This document shows positions 9,056-19,513 of a DNA stretch of 64,000 nt, in pieces. The notes beneath the pieces were generated by a model, which was not told the DNA's origin, searched no databases, and saw nothing but the letters and a program-made list of their open reading frames with translations. Origin of the DNA: a virus (lineage: Duplodnaviria > Caudoviricetes); the IMG/VR virus record IMGVR_UViG_3300021400_000095; one strand, given 5' to 3'. Position numbers and translations under genes: made by a program. The stretch's first letter is position 1. Each line of letters opens with the position of its first letter.

Positions 9056-10291
9056 ATGGATAGAAAAATTAAAGTTTTAGTTGTTCCATCAGACAGATTT
9101 GGTTGTGGGTTATGGAGGTCAGTTAAGCCACATACTAAATTAAATGAATTATATGGAGATGAATTTGATATTGATATTGAATATGAACCAAATTGGTTGG
9201 ATTTACCATCATTTGATAAATATGACATTATTCACTTCCATAAAGGTTTATATCAAGATATGGAACCTTTTAGAAATGCCCTTAAATATTTTAAGGAACA
9301 TAATATTGTAACAATTATGGACCTTGATGACCATTGGGAAGTTGGCCAATTCCACCCAATGTTCCAAACTGCAAGAAAAATGAAAATGGCAGAAAAAATT
9401 ACAGGAAATTTTGGTCTTGTTGATTATGTAACAACAACAACTGAAATTTTTGCTAATAAAATTAAGAAGTGGAACAAAAATGTTTTTGTTTTCCCAAATG
9501 CAATTGACCCAAATGATTCACAATTTTCAACAGAAAAAGAACAATCTGATAAAATTAGATTTGGATTTGTAATGGGTTCTTCACATAAAAGAGATATGGA
9601 ACAATTTTTTGGAACTGTTTCAACACTTCCTGAAGATGTCCTTAATAAAATACAAATTGTTCTTTGTGGATATGACCTTAGAGGACAAACATATGTCCAA
9701 AATCCTGATGGTACTATAACAACAAGACCAATTAAACCAACAGAATCTGTTTGGTTTGAATATGAAAGAAATGTTACTAATGACTTTAAAATTGTGTCAG
9801 ATGAATACAGGAATTTCTTATTTAATTTCTTGCCAAATGCACAATATCCTAAAGTAAATGAAGAACCATATAGAAGAGAATGGACCAAGGATGTAAATAG
9901 TTTTGGAACACATTACAAATATATTGATGTGTTGATTGCACCATTGGACACAAATCAATTCAATGAAGTTAAATCAGAATTAAAATTTGTTGAAGCAGGT
10001 TTTACTAATACTGCATTGATTTGCTCAGATTTTGGTCCATATCACTTGGTTGGAAAAAGTATATTTGAAAGAGGTGGTGGAATTAATGAAAATGGAAATT
10101 GTGTTCTTATTGACCCTGCAAAGAAACATAAAGCATGGTCTAAAGCAATTACTAGATTAACAAGAAATCCTGAACTAATTGATAAACTTAAATATAACCT
10201 TCATGAATTTGTTAAAGATGAATATAATCTTGATAATGTAACAAAAAGAAGAGCAGAATGGTATAAATCAATAATTAAAAAAGAGGACTAA
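9056..10291 (+). CDS. Glycosyltransferase, GT-B fold (GT4-like)
   Basis: MDLDDHW, VFPNAID, DVLIAPL..FNEVKSELKFVEAG..LICSD; probable ATG at 9056. Confidence 0.8.
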   Translation: MDRKIKVLVVPSDRFGCGLWRSVKPHTKLNELYGDEFDIDIEYEPNWLDLPSFDKYDIIHFHKGLYQDMEPFRNALKYFKEHNIVTIMDLDDHWEVGQFHPMFQTARKMKMAEKITGNFGLVDYVTTTTEIFANKIKKWNKNVFVFPNAIDPNDSQFSTEKEQSDKIRFGFVMGSSHKRDMEQFFGTVSTLPEDVLNKIQIVLCGYDLRGQTYVQNPDGTITTRPIKPTESVWFEYERNVTNDFKIVSDEYRNFLFNFLPNAQYPKVNEEPYRREWTKDVNSFGTHYKYIDVLIAPLDTNQFNEVKSELKFVEAGFTNTALICSDFGPYHLVGKSIFERGGGINENGNCVLIDPAKKHKAWSKAITRLTRNPELIDKLKYNLHEFVKDEYNLDNVTKRRAEWYKSIIKKED

Positions 10292-10307
10292 TGTTAGTCC
10301 TCTTTTT
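10278..10307. terminator. Bidirectional intrinsic terminator
   Basis: aaaaagaggactaa-tg-ttagtcctcttttt inverted repeat. Confidence 0.8.
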
Positions 10308-10330
10308 ATTTAAACAAAATATTTAAATTT

Positions 10331-11512
10331 TTAAATATCAACACTTGTCCAACCTGATGGAATACCATTAGTACCTGTTGTCCATGATGTCATTGATGGG
10401 TCTTTTACAAATGTACCTGATGATGCCACATTATAAACCCAATTACTTGTACAATCAGATGCTGAAATATCAGTTGCTAAACATTTAATATAATTTAAAT
10501 TAGTACAATCTAAAAACATACTATCATAACAACATTCTGCTAATGTGGTTGCTGGTAATTCTGGTGCAGTTGTTAAATTTGTACAACCATCAAACATTTG
10601 TAGATAACAATACCTTGCTAATGTAGTAGCTGGTAATTCTGGTGCTGTTGTTAAACTACTACAACCTTGGAACATACTTCCATAACACCATCCTGCTAAA
10701 GTAGTTGCAGGTAATTCTGATACAGTTGTTAAATTACTACAATCAGCAAACATATTTGCATAACAACATTCTGCTAATGTAGTAGCTGGTAATTCTGGTG
10801 CAGTTGTTAAACTATTACAGCCTCCAAACATATATTGATAACAATAATCTGCTAAAGTAGTTGCAGGTAATTCTGGTACAATTGTTAAACTACTACAACT
10901 ATAGAACATATATGAATAACAATAATCTGCTAAAGTAATAGTAGGTAATATTAATTCACTTGCATCTATCAAACCTGTACAGTGACTAAACATATATATA
11001 AAAATAGCTTCTGCACCATTATCAAAACTATTTACTGTTGAGAAGTTAGTACTATCAATTAATGACATTATATTTCCCTTAATTTTAAATGTTGCACTAG
11101 AAGACTGAAAACAACCTTTACTCTGATAAGTATCACTAATACCATATGTTGGATTGTCCCCTCTAAATTGAATAACATCACCACTAACTACAGGTATAAA
11201 TGTGTCACCAGATTGAGAATAGCCATTAAAATTTCCAGCTGTTATTGAAGTCCATTCACCTCCATTCTTACTATATTCAATTGTGGCTCTGCCTTCTTCT
11301 GTTGGCAAACCTTCACTACAACACCAATATATATTACCATCACCCTGTATTTCAAATGTTAAAGGTGTTTCTTCCAATGGAATTTCTTTATTTTTATTAT
11401 AATGAACATCTCTATTTTGCATGGTTAAAGACACCCATGGCTCATGATATTCATCACCATTATATGCAACATCAAATGTATTTGCACTTTCAAAATAATG
11501 CATGTATCTCAT
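10331..11512 (-). CDS. BspA-like leucine-rich repeat protein (six 26-aa repeats)
   Basis: LPATTLAxxCYxxMFxxCxxLTTAPE repeats with N- and C-caps shared with 60542-63439. Confidence 0.8.
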   Translation of the reverse strand: MRYMHYFESANTFDVAYNGDEYHEPWVSLTMQNRDVHYNKNKEIPLEETPLTFEIQGDGNIYWCCSEGLPTEEGRATIEYSKNGGEWTSITAGNFNGYSQSGDTFIPVVSGDVIQFRGDNPTYGISDTYQSKGCFQSSSATFKIKGNIMSLIDSTNFSTVNSFDNGAEAIFIYMFSHCTGLIDASELILPTITLADYCYSYMFYSCSSLTIVPELPATTLADYCYQYMFGGCNSLTTAPELPATTLAECCYANMFADCSNLTTVSELPATTLAGWCYGSMFQGCSSLTTAPELPATTLARYCYLQMFDGCTNLTTAPELPATTLAECCYDSMFLDCTNLNYIKCLATDISASDCTSNWVYNVASSGTFVKDPSMTSWTTGTNGIPSGWTSVDI

Positions 11513-11541
11513 AATATATAAAATTGTTTCTTATAAATAGT

Positions 11542-11572
11542 TTTGAAAAGTTCATTTTTATTGGTATATTTG
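11542..11572 (+). promoter_or_regulatory. Bacteroidota sigma-A-type promoter (-33/-7)
   Basis: TTTG-N19-TATATTTG, 17 nt before the ATG at 11590. Confidence 0.65.
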
Positions 11573-11589
11573 TAAAAAAATAAAATAAT

Positions 11590-12177
11590 ATGAAGATAGC
11601 AATTAACAGTGAAAAATTAGAAAAAGAGTTTACTACTTTTTGGATTGGCATGCAATTCTGTGGTCTTTCAAATTATTATAACAATGAAGAATATGATGAG
11701 TTACAAAAGCAACTATCAACAGCAACATGTGCATTGAATGAAGATACAGGTTGTTCATATCCTGGTTCACTTCTTGTACACATTAATCTTGCAACAGCAT
11801 TAGCACAAAGAATTGCAAAGATGATTAGTGGTACATTTACCATTGATGATGAAAGTCTTGTCAAGGTTTGTTTACTTATGCATTTATCCAAAATTGAAAT
11901 GTATGAACCTAATGACAATCAATGGGAGGTTGAAAAGAGAGGTTTGAATTACAAATTTGCTGAGTTGTCAGGAAAACTTAAATTTGGTGAAAGAAGCATT
12001 CTCAATGCAATGAACAAGGGTATCAAACTAACTGCTGAGGAATTTGAAGCCATGAAGTGTCTTGATAGTGAAAAAGAAGGAAACAGCAAATATGGTGATT
12101 GTATTATGTCAACCATTGTAAGACAGGCAAATGAACTTGCATATGCAATTGAAAAGGAAAAATATAACAAACTATGA
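11590..12177 (+). CDS. HD-domain-like protein, metal ligands apparently degenerate
   Basis: SYPGSLLVH..SLVKVCLLMHLSKI..IVRQANE aligns by eye to phage HD proteins but lacks the HD dyad. Confidence 0.5.
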   Translation: MKIAINSEKLEKEFTTFWIGMQFCGLSNYYNNEEYDELQKQLSTATCALNEDTGCSYPGSLLVHINLATALAQRIAKMISGTFTIDDESLVKVCLLMHLSKIEMYEPNDNQWEVEKRGLNYKFAELSGKLKFGERSILNAMNKGIKLTAEEFEAMKCLDSEKEGNSKYGDCIMSTIVRQANELAYAIEKEKYNKL

Positions 12178-12677
12178 AAATAAAAATTAAAAAATTAAAT
12201 GAAAATGCAAAAACTCCTGTTAAATCAAAAACAGGAGATTTTTGCTATGATGTTTGGGCCACTTCATGTGAAGAGGTTGCTCCAAATGTTTATAAATATG
12301 GAATTGGCCTTGCATTTGAAATTGTAAGGGATGATGAAATAATTGAGCAATATAATAAAGATTCTTGTTCATCTGGAAAGAATATTGATTTAAAAAACTC
12401 ACCACTTTGTTTGGACATTGATTTCAGACCAAGAAGTTCTGTTTGGAAAACAGGAATGGTATTATGTAATTGTGAAGGAACAATTGATGAAGGATATAGA
12501 AATCAGGTATTTGCATTTTTTTATCATGTAATGCCAAATATGTCAAAGTATGAGGTTGGTGATAGAATTGGTCAAATAAAGATTGGTTTTACAACACCTA
12601 TTGAATTTGAAATTGTTGATGAACTTGATATGGATACAGAAAGGGGTCTTAATGGTTTTGGTTCAACTGGAAAATAA
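12174..12677 (+). CDS. dut: Trimeric dUTPase
   Basis: RPRSS, GTIDEGYR, GDRIGQ, RGLNGFGSTG motifs. Confidence 0.92.
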   Translation: MKIKIKKLNENAKTPVKSKTGDFCYDVWATSCEEVAPNVYKYGIGLAFEIVRDDEIIEQYNKDSCSSGKNIDLKNSPLCLDIDFRPRSSVWKTGMVLCNCEGTIDEGYRNQVFAFFYHVMPNMSKYEVGDRIGQIKIGFTTPIEFEIVDELDMDTERGLNGFGSTGK

Positions 12678-12701
12678 ATAATATGTAAAAAAAATTAAAT
12701 A

Positions 12702-13697
12702 ATGAATTTATTTGATTTCTACAGAACAAAGCATCAGCAATTAATAGGCTATAATCCACTTACAACAATATGTTCAATTGATTTTTCAATAAAATATGTT
12801 GAAGATGCTGATTTTAAAAAAAGAGGTGAAGAACTTAACAAATCTATTGATACTAAAGAGTTTAATAATCTTGCCATTGTTGTAAGAAGAATGATAAGTG
12901 TTCCTAGTAATGGTAATAAGATTATTGTTAAGCCACTTATCAGTGAATATATTATTAATTTTGAAGAAGGAAAACCATTAACAGATTATACTGATGAAAT
13001 ATTGAAATTAATTCCAAAAGGTTGTTGTATTACAGCATATAATGGGTATAGAATGGATTTCATTGCATTAGAAAGAAAATTCAAAATTAATTTGAAGGAT
13101 TATATTCTGGTTGATACAATGAGGATTGAAAAACATTTTGACAATGATTGTTTAAGAGAAATGATGTGTATTGACATAAATAAATATCCTAAGACAAAAC
13201 TTGGTTCTGATGGAAAGATGCATATTGAAAGTCTTCTTAAATCATATATAAATTTGGAAATGTATGAATCACCATTTGTAAAAAAGCACATGTCATCCAA
13301 TGATGCTTTGGTTAATCTTGATTTATTAATGACACAATTTTACATGTATGGTTTTACTTGCTTTGAAGAAATGCAAGAAATGACAGAGCATTTCATGGAT
13401 ATGCAAGATAAGGATGATTACATGTTATATCATATAAAAAACTATGATATTTTCTATACTAAAATAAATAGGGCAGAATATCTGATGAACAAAAAATTTG
13501 TCTTTAATTTTGGTAGAATTGAAGGTCTTACTGTAGAAGGTCTTGATAATGACAGATTAATACATATGTTGAAAAAATACATGATTCCATTTAAAAGGGA
13601 TGGTGTTGTAGTAAATAAACATGACCCATATCTTTATGAAATTTTATATGTATTAAGGTTAGAATATTTAAGAAGGATTAAAAATAAATTGATTTAA
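12702..13697 (+). CDS. DEDDh exonuclease-like protein (possibly degenerate)
   Basis: TAYNGYRMDF, LVDTM, HMSSNDA resemble ExoII/ExoIII; ExoI is not clear. Confidence 0.45.
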   Translation: MNLFDFYRTKHQQLIGYNPLTTICSIDFSIKYVEDADFKKRGEELNKSIDTKEFNNLAIVVRRMISVPSNGNKIIVKPLISEYIINFEEGKPLTDYTDEILKLIPKGCCITAYNGYRMDFIALERKFKINLKDYILVDTMRIEKHFDNDCLREMMCIDINKYPKTKLGSDGKMHIESLLKSYINLEMYESPFVKKHMSSNDALVNLDLLMTQFYMYGFTCFEEMQEMTEHFMDMQDKDDYMLYHIKNYDIFYTKINRAEYLMNKKFVFNFGRIEGLTVEGLDNDRLIHMLKKYMIPFKRDGVVVNKHDPYLYEILYVLRLEYLRRIKNKLI

Positions 13698-13768
13698 CAA
13701 ATAAATGATTTTGATTTGGCATGATTTTTGTTAATGAAATAAGTATAAAATTAATAAATTTTTAAAGA

Positions 13769-14920
13769 ATGAAGACAAGTAAACTTACAAAAATTACTTA
13801 TGGACTTGATGACATTGGAATTAGGCAATCACCAATTTGTTATACTGAACATAGAAGTGATGTTAATCCTTATGTAACTGTTTGTGGAAGAGAAATGTAC
13901 CCTATATTTGCTTCACCAATGGAAAGTGTTATTGATGAAAAAAACTATAAATTTTTTATAGAAAATAAGATAACACCTGTTATTCCTAGGTCTATTATGC
14001 AAAGGTGTACAATAGAAGATAGATTAAAATTATCAGAAGAAACATTTGTTAGTTTTTCAGAAAAAGAAGTATATGATATTTTTGAAAATGGCCTGTTTGA
14101 TTTATCTGATAATGTTCAATACATTTGTATTGATATGGCACATGGAACATTAAATTCTTTGTATGAAATTTGCAAAAAAATCAAAAAAAAGTATGGGGAA
14201 AAGGTTATTTTAATGACAGGAAATGTAAACAATGAATTGGCATATTCATTTTATTGTGATGCAGGTATTTCATATATGAGACTTTGTATTGGTTCTGGAA
14301 GTAGGTGTACAACAGCTTGTGCTGTAGGTGTATACACAGGTGCTGCTACATTAATTGATGATATTAATATTGAAAGAAGTAAATGGATTGATGCACATCC
14401 AAATGAAAAAGAATATACTAAAATAATTGTTGATGGTGGAATTGATTGGTATGACAAAATTCAGAAAAGTCTTGCATTAGGAGGTGATTTTGTTATGATT
14501 GGTAAATTGTTTGCTGAATGTGAAGAAGCATGTGGAGAAATAGGTTATGCAGAATCAGAAGAAGACTTTTCCAATGGCTCATACCTAACAAGAGAACAGT
14601 ATGAAAATTATAAAAAATATACTGAAGAAGATTTAAACTTCCTTGGTAAAACAAGAAAACTTTTGATTCCTTATAGAATGTATAGGGGTATGTCACATAG
14701 ATATTCTCAAAAATTAATAGGAGGTGATGGGTCTAAGGTTAGTGAAGGAATTTGTAAGCCAGTTAAAGTAAAATATTCATTGAAACATTGGATAACAAAT
14801 ATGGACTCTTATCTCAGAAGTTGTATGACATATACTGATAGTAAAACAATTGAAGAATTAAAAGAAAACACAGAACTGTCAATACTAGCAAATAATGGAA
14901 AATTAGCATATGCTAAATAA
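13769..14920 (+). CDS. IMP dehydrogenase / GMP reductase family protein
   Basis: ASPMESV, IDMAHG, GNV, IGSGSRCTT (catalytic Cys), IVDGGI, VMIG, YRGMS, SEG. Confidence 0.88.
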   Translation: MKTSKLTKITYGLDDIGIRQSPICYTEHRSDVNPYVTVCGREMYPIFASPMESVIDEKNYKFFIENKITPVIPRSIMQRCTIEDRLKLSEETFVSFSEKEVYDIFENGLFDLSDNVQYICIDMAHGTLNSLYEICKKIKKKYGEKVILMTGNVNNELAYSFYCDAGISYMRLCIGSGSRCTTACAVGVYTGAATLIDDINIERSKWIDAHPNEKEYTKIIVDGGIDWYDKIQKSLALGGDFVMIGKLFAECEEACGEIGYAESEEDFSNGSYLTREQYENYKKYTEEDLNFLGKTRKLLIPYRMYRGMSHRYSQKLIGGDGSKVSEGICKPVKVKYSLKHWITNMDSYLRSCMTYTDSKTIEELKENTELSILANNGKLAYAK

Positions 14921-14959
14921 AAAAGAAATGGTAGACAAATTTTAGTCTACCATTTTTTT
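14921..14959. terminator. Bidirectional intrinsic terminator
   Basis: aaatggtagac..gtctaccattt stem flanked by A and T tracts. Confidence 0.8.
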
Positions 14960-15124
14960 AATTTATCTAAATGTTTTTTATTTGGGAATAATATATCTGT
15001 TTACACCAATAATTCTATAAAATGTTGAAGTCCAGTACAAAAATATGGATAAATCTGTGAGATTCACCCATATGTTCTGTAAGTCTATTAGCAAGGTTCT
15101 GTATGAAGATGTAAAGATGGTGGC

Positions 15125-15574
15125 TTAGCCTTCATAACTTAAACCTGGTGCTCCATCTCCATATGTATCAAGCCAAATCTTGTTTATTACCTTTTGTCCT
15201 TCTTTCCATTCATACTCATAATCGTCAATGATTCTTGTTGCTTCTGCATTTAATGCATTACATAATCTTGTTAGAACAATATCCCTGAATGCTTCTTCTT
15301 CTGTAGGCTCACCCCATCTGTCATAAACACTTCCCCCATCTTCAAAATCTGCATTAAAATCATAATCCTCTTTCAGTACTTTCTTCACACTCTCAGCAAC
15401 AATCTGCCTGAGAGTGTTTTCATTTAGTTTTATTATATTCTTTTTCATATTTATATTCTTTATTTCATTAGCATTATTGTTCTTTTGATATTTTTTGGCT
15501 ACCTTGTGATTGATAGTAATTATCTGCTTTTTCAACAGTGGTATTACCTGCTGAATTTCATATCTCATCACCAA
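15125..15574 (-). CDS. Small protein with leader helix (alternative start 15448)
   Basis: MKKNIIKLNENTLRQIVAESVKKVLKE. Confidence 0.55.
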   Translation of the reverse strand: MVMRYEIQQVIPLLKKQIITINHKVAKKYQKNNNANEIKNINMKKNIIKLNENTLRQIVAESVKKVLKEDYDFNADFEDGGSVYDRWGEPTEEEAFRDIVLTRLCNALNAEATRIIDDYEYEWKEGQKVINKIWLDTYGDGAPGLSYEG

Positions 15575-15665
15575 CTATTGATACAACTATAAATAGTATG
15601 AAAAATAAAAACTCACATGGTAGTGAGTTTTTTAGTGTAAATAAGTATATTATTCCCTTTTATTT

Positions 15666-16151
15666 TTAGTAGTTCATTTGTCCTTGTTGTGGGTTCATTG
15701 CATTCTGTGGGCTATATTGTCTATTATTGATATAACCTGTTTGTTGTCTTTGGTTAATTCTTTTACCAGCAGCATCCCATTTACTTTGCATGCCTTGTAC
15801 ATCACCCATTTTTGCTTTTATTGCTGCAATTTGTTGGTTAATTTGTTGATTTACTTGATTAACAGCAGCATTTACTCTTTGTTCTCTTGATGCTTCAATG
15901 GCATTAATTTGTTGTTGTAATTTCTCATTATCTGCTTGCATGCCTTGCATTTGTGCTTGGTATGCATTCATTTTTGCATTATCAACAACATTACCTACTG
16001 CATTACCAACACCCTTTGCAACACCTTTGATTCCTCTACCAAGATTTTGGAAAAACCCTTCATCCATATCAGATTCTTTAAGAACCTCAATAACAGATTC
16101 TCTAACAATATTTTTAAGTTCTGATTCAGTCAATCTAATTTTATTAGCCAT
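15666..16151 (-). CDS. Leader-helix protein with amphipathic segment and Gln-rich coiled coil
   Basis: MANKIRLTESELKNIVRESVIEVLKE..DEGFFQNLGRGIKGVAKG. Confidence 0.65.
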   Translation of the reverse strand: MANKIRLTESELKNIVRESVIEVLKESDMDEGFFQNLGRGIKGVAKGVGNAVGNVVDNAKMNAYQAQMQGMQADNEKLQQQINAIEASREQRVNAAVNQVNQQINQQIAAIKAKMGDVQGMQSKWDAAGKRINQRQQTGYINNRQYSPQNAMNPQQGQMNY

Positions 16152-16239
16152 AATAGATATATTTTTTATAATAAATATTATTTAACATAGAAAAAAACTT
16201 TACATATTTAATTATATTATTATTTTTTAAATAAAAATT

Positions 16240-16476
16240 ATGACTAAAATTAGTGATTTAACAATAGGTGAACTAATAAATTATTCAAAAGCATGTTCAC
16301 TTGTAATAGACAAACATATTAAAGGTTCAGATTATTATAGGTCAGTTCCAGAAGCAATGTTATCTGATGCTGATTTGGAAGCATATAGAACAATATCTGA
16401 AAAGTACAAAAAATATAAAGTTATAGAAGACAAAATTGTTTCTGAGATTAATAAAAGGTTAATGGATTTATGTTAA
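16240..16476 (+). CDS. Hypothetical protein
   Basis: 78-aa ORF, first in operon, overlaps next start. Confidence 0.55.
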   Translation: MTKISDLTIGELINYSKACSLVIDKHIKGSDYYRSVPEAMLSDADLEAYRTISEKYKKYKVIEDKIVSEINKRLMDLC

Positions 16477-17447
16477 AGAAAGTATTTTTTAATACATACT
16501 TATTTTTCAAAGGTTTATTTTTTGGTATGAAAGGTGCTGATGATATTATTTCACAGAAAGCATCATATAGTTCAGGAGATATTGAAATAGACCAAGAAAA
16601 GCATGTTGATAATATATATAGTCAACTTATTGCAGGAAAAGAAACCCAAGAAGTTAAAGAATTAAGGGATGAATATTATAGGGTAGTAAGGGAGGCTAAT
16701 AACTTTCATGTTGATGTGACAGGTAGTTTAGAGGAAGGTGCAACAGGAGATTTAAAGGCAAAGGCAAGAAAAAAGACTGCACTTGATTTTACATGTAAGA
16801 TTGAAGTGTTTAATCCTGAAAAATTACCAGTAAGAGTTATACAAGATAATAAATTAATTCCAAAACATGGAAATTTTTTTGCTGATGATTTATTCAGTTA
16901 TGGGACAAATGATTTTGTTTCAATTTTTACAGTTAAAAGAAATTTCATACCAAGGTTTGCACTTGAAAACTATGCCAATAAGGTTGTTGTTAGAACTATT
17001 AATGATGAATATTCATATATTGATATATATACAACCATTTATGCAAGTCAGTTTGGTAAAGTTGATGCAATTTTAATTTCCCAATTAAATGATTTAATAA
17101 AGACAAAGAATAAGAAATCAGATATTACAGATTTGTCTGAATTTTCATTTGTAACTGATAAGGCTTATGGTGAAAATGATTTATATGAATTTTCATTTGG
17201 TGAAATTAAATATGAAGGAATTAATGTTTTTGATGGAAATTTTGTTTTAACATTTAAAGGCAAAAACATTAAGAATGGTTTTGATATAACAGAGAAATAT
17301 AAGACAAAAGAATTGGATGAAAAGTTAAAAAACAAAAGTCCAAGAAATAAAGTAGAGGGTATAGATTTATTTGCCATTGATAGAAAAATAAAGAAGGAAG
17401 AAGAAAACTTTTCAACAACAAAGTTAGAGTTTTCAAATCCTGAATAA
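16470..17447 (+). CDS. Hypothetical protein
   Basis: 325-aa ORF with hydrophobic N-terminus. Confidence 0.6.
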   Translation: MLKKVFFNTYLFFKGLFFGMKGADDIISQKASYSSGDIEIDQEKHVDNIYSQLIAGKETQEVKELRDEYYRVVREANNFHVDVTGSLEEGATGDLKAKARKKTALDFTCKIEVFNPEKLPVRVIQDNKLIPKHGNFFADDLFSYGTNDFVSIFTVKRNFIPRFALENYANKVVVRTINDEYSYIDIYTTIYASQFGKVDAILISQLNDLIKTKNKKSDITDLSEFSFVTDKAYGENDLYEFSFGEIKYEGINVFDGNFVLTFKGKNIKNGFDITEKYKTKELDEKLKNKSPRNKVEGIDLFAIDRKIKKEEENFSTTKLEFSNPE

Positions 17448-17458
17448 AATAAAGTAAA

Positions 17459-18046
17459 ATGAAAACAAGGATTGCAATTGATTTAAATGATGTAATCAGA
17501 GATTATACTGATAATTTTATTAAAAATTATCTTTTGAATTACAACAGAGAATTTGATACAACTGATTTTTCCATATGGACTAATGACATGGAAACTTTAC
17601 TACCTTTTAAAACAAGGCATGCATATGAAAATTTTGTTTATGAAGATTATTCATATGAACTTTATGGTAAATGTGATACATGTACAAAGAACACACAAAT
17701 AGATTTAAACAGTTGGTTAGAATCATTAAAGGAAATTGAAGATAATGAAATAGATGTCATGTTTGTTTCACCAATGGAATATGGGCCAACAATTGGCTAT
17801 ACATACTTTTTCATTTCAAAACTAAATACAAGTGTAAGAAGGGTATATTTACCAAAAGATTCTTCAACAATTTGGGATGAATGTGACATTTTAATAACAG
17901 CAAATCCAATGTTATTAAATAATAAGCCTGAAGGTAAAACATCAATTAAAATAGAAAAAGAATATAATCAAAATTGTGATGCAGATTATAGTTATAAGAC
18001 TTTTAGTGCATTTACTAAAGATGAAAATAATATATTAAACAAATAA
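17459..18046 (+). CDS. HAD-superfamily 5'(3')-deoxyribonucleotidase-like protein
   Basis: IAIDLNDVIRD (motif I variant), DILI, KEYNQ. Confidence 0.6.
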   Translation: MKTRIAIDLNDVIRDYTDNFIKNYLLNYNREFDTTDFSIWTNDMETLLPFKTRHAYENFVYEDYSYELYGKCDTCTKNTQIDLNSWLESLKEIEDNEIDVMFVSPMEYGPTIGYTYFFISKLNTSVRRVYLPKDSSTIWDECDILITANPMLLNNKPEGKTSIKIEKEYNQNCDADYSYKTFSAFTKDENNILNK

Positions 18047-18049
18047 AAT

Positions 18050-18394
18050 ATGGGGAACAAATATTTTAGCATTGAAGGTAAAAAATATTATCTTGACTTT
18101 GAAAAAATCAGAGAAATATGGAATCAGAGTAAAAATGATATTCTAACAGATGTAGAAATAACAGATGTTTCATCTTTAGATGATGAAGCAAATAATGAAT
18201 TTGTTAATCAAAAGATTATTAAAGAAAACAAATATTGCAATACACAAACAGATGTATTAATGCAAGATATTGTAAAGGCATGTATTTTAGGTATACTTGA
18301 AATTGAGACATTAGATGGTGATGATACAACATTTGGAGAAATGATATGTTTTAATACATGCTTAAAATTTGGAATAATAAAAGAAATCAATTAA
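18050..18394 (+). CDS. Hypothetical protein
   Basis: 114-aa ORF within operon. Confidence 0.6.
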   Translation: MGNKYFSIEGKKYYLDFEKIREIWNQSKNDILTDVEITDVSSLDDEANNEFVNQKIIKENKYCNTQTDVLMQDIVKACILGILEIETLDGDDTTFGEMICFNTCLKFGIIKEIN

Positions 18395-18397
18395 AAT

Positions 18398-19510
18398 ATG
18401 GCAAAATTAACAGAACAAGAAATGCTTCAAGTTGTTGAAGAAAGTATAAAGAAAATTGAAAATAAGGATTTTACTGCATATTTTTTAGTAATTGACACAA
18501 AAGGAAACCCATCAGGTTCTCTTGAATACATTTATCAAACAGCATTCACTTTAAGAGAACTTGGTTATAATGCAGTAATAATTCACAATGATAAAGAATT
18601 TGTTGGTGTTGAGGAATGGCTTGGAAAGAAATATGCTGATTTACCACATAAGAATTTTGAAACAGAAAATGTTGAGATTGGGCCTTCTGACTTTTTATTC
18701 ATTCCTGAAATTTTTGCAAACATTGTTGGTCAATTAAAGAATATTAGTTGTAAAAAAATAATGATAGTTCAAAACTATAATTATTTACCTGAATTCATGC
18801 CAATTTCAAGTACTTTGGATGATATGAAGATTAATGATGTTGTAACAACAACTAATGTTCAGGCAACAAAGGTAAAGGAATATTTTCCAACAGTTCAAAC
18901 ACATGTTGTTGCACCAAGTATTAAAAAGGTTTTTAGAAATAGTGATAAACCAAGAAAGTTAATTATAAATGTTGTTTCCAAGAATCAAGAAGATGTTTAT
19001 AGAATTATGAAACCATTCTATTGGAAATATCCTATTTACAAGTGGATTTCATTCAGGGAACTAAGAGGTCTTGACCAAGAAACTTTAAGTACTGCACTAA
19101 GGGAAACACCTATAACTGTTTGCATTGATGCAGAAACTAATTTTGGATATGTTGAACTTGAAGCACTAAGATGTGGCTCAATAGTATTAGCAAAAATACC
19201 AAGCACACCTAGTGATTGGAATCTTGAAACTGACAAGAATGGTGAGCAACATTTAACTGATGCATGTGTTTGGTTTGATAACATTGACAGTGTTCCTGAT
19301 ATGCTTGCAAGTATTATTAGAACATGGACACTTGATAGAATTCCTTCAGAAGTATATAATAATCTACATAAATTTGATTTAATGTTCACACCTGAGCAGC
19401 AATCAAAAGAAATTGAAAGAGTTTATGGGCATGACATCTTTGAAAAAAGATTAAATGATTTGAAAGAATTCCACATTCAATTAAAGAATAATATAAATGA
19501 GAATAAATAA
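18398..19510 (+). CDS. Glycosyltransferase-like protein (GT-B)
   Basis: PSGSLEYIY, DFLFIPE, ETNFGYVELEALRCGSIV (E-x7-E-like). Confidence 0.65.
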   Translation: MAKLTEQEMLQVVEESIKKIENKDFTAYFLVIDTKGNPSGSLEYIYQTAFTLRELGYNAVIIHNDKEFVGVEEWLGKKYADLPHKNFETENVEIGPSDFLFIPEIFANIVGQLKNISCKKIMIVQNYNYLPEFMPISSTLDDMKINDVVTTTNVQATKVKEYFPTVQTHVVAPSIKKVFRNSDKPRKLIINVVSKNQEDVYRIMKPFYWKYPIYKWISFRELRGLDQETLSTALRETPITVCIDAETNFGYVELEALRCGSIVLAKIPSTPSDWNLETDKNGEQHLTDACVWFDNIDSVPDMLASIIRTWTLDRIPSEVYNNLHKFDLMFTPEQQSKEIERVYGHDIFEKRLNDLKEFHIQLKNNINENK

Positions 19511-19513
19511 AAT

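Noticed and set aside
14975-15127. Read-through of the TAA at 15125 into about 48 open codons
   Set aside because: No recognisable motif or recoding signal; compatible with chance.
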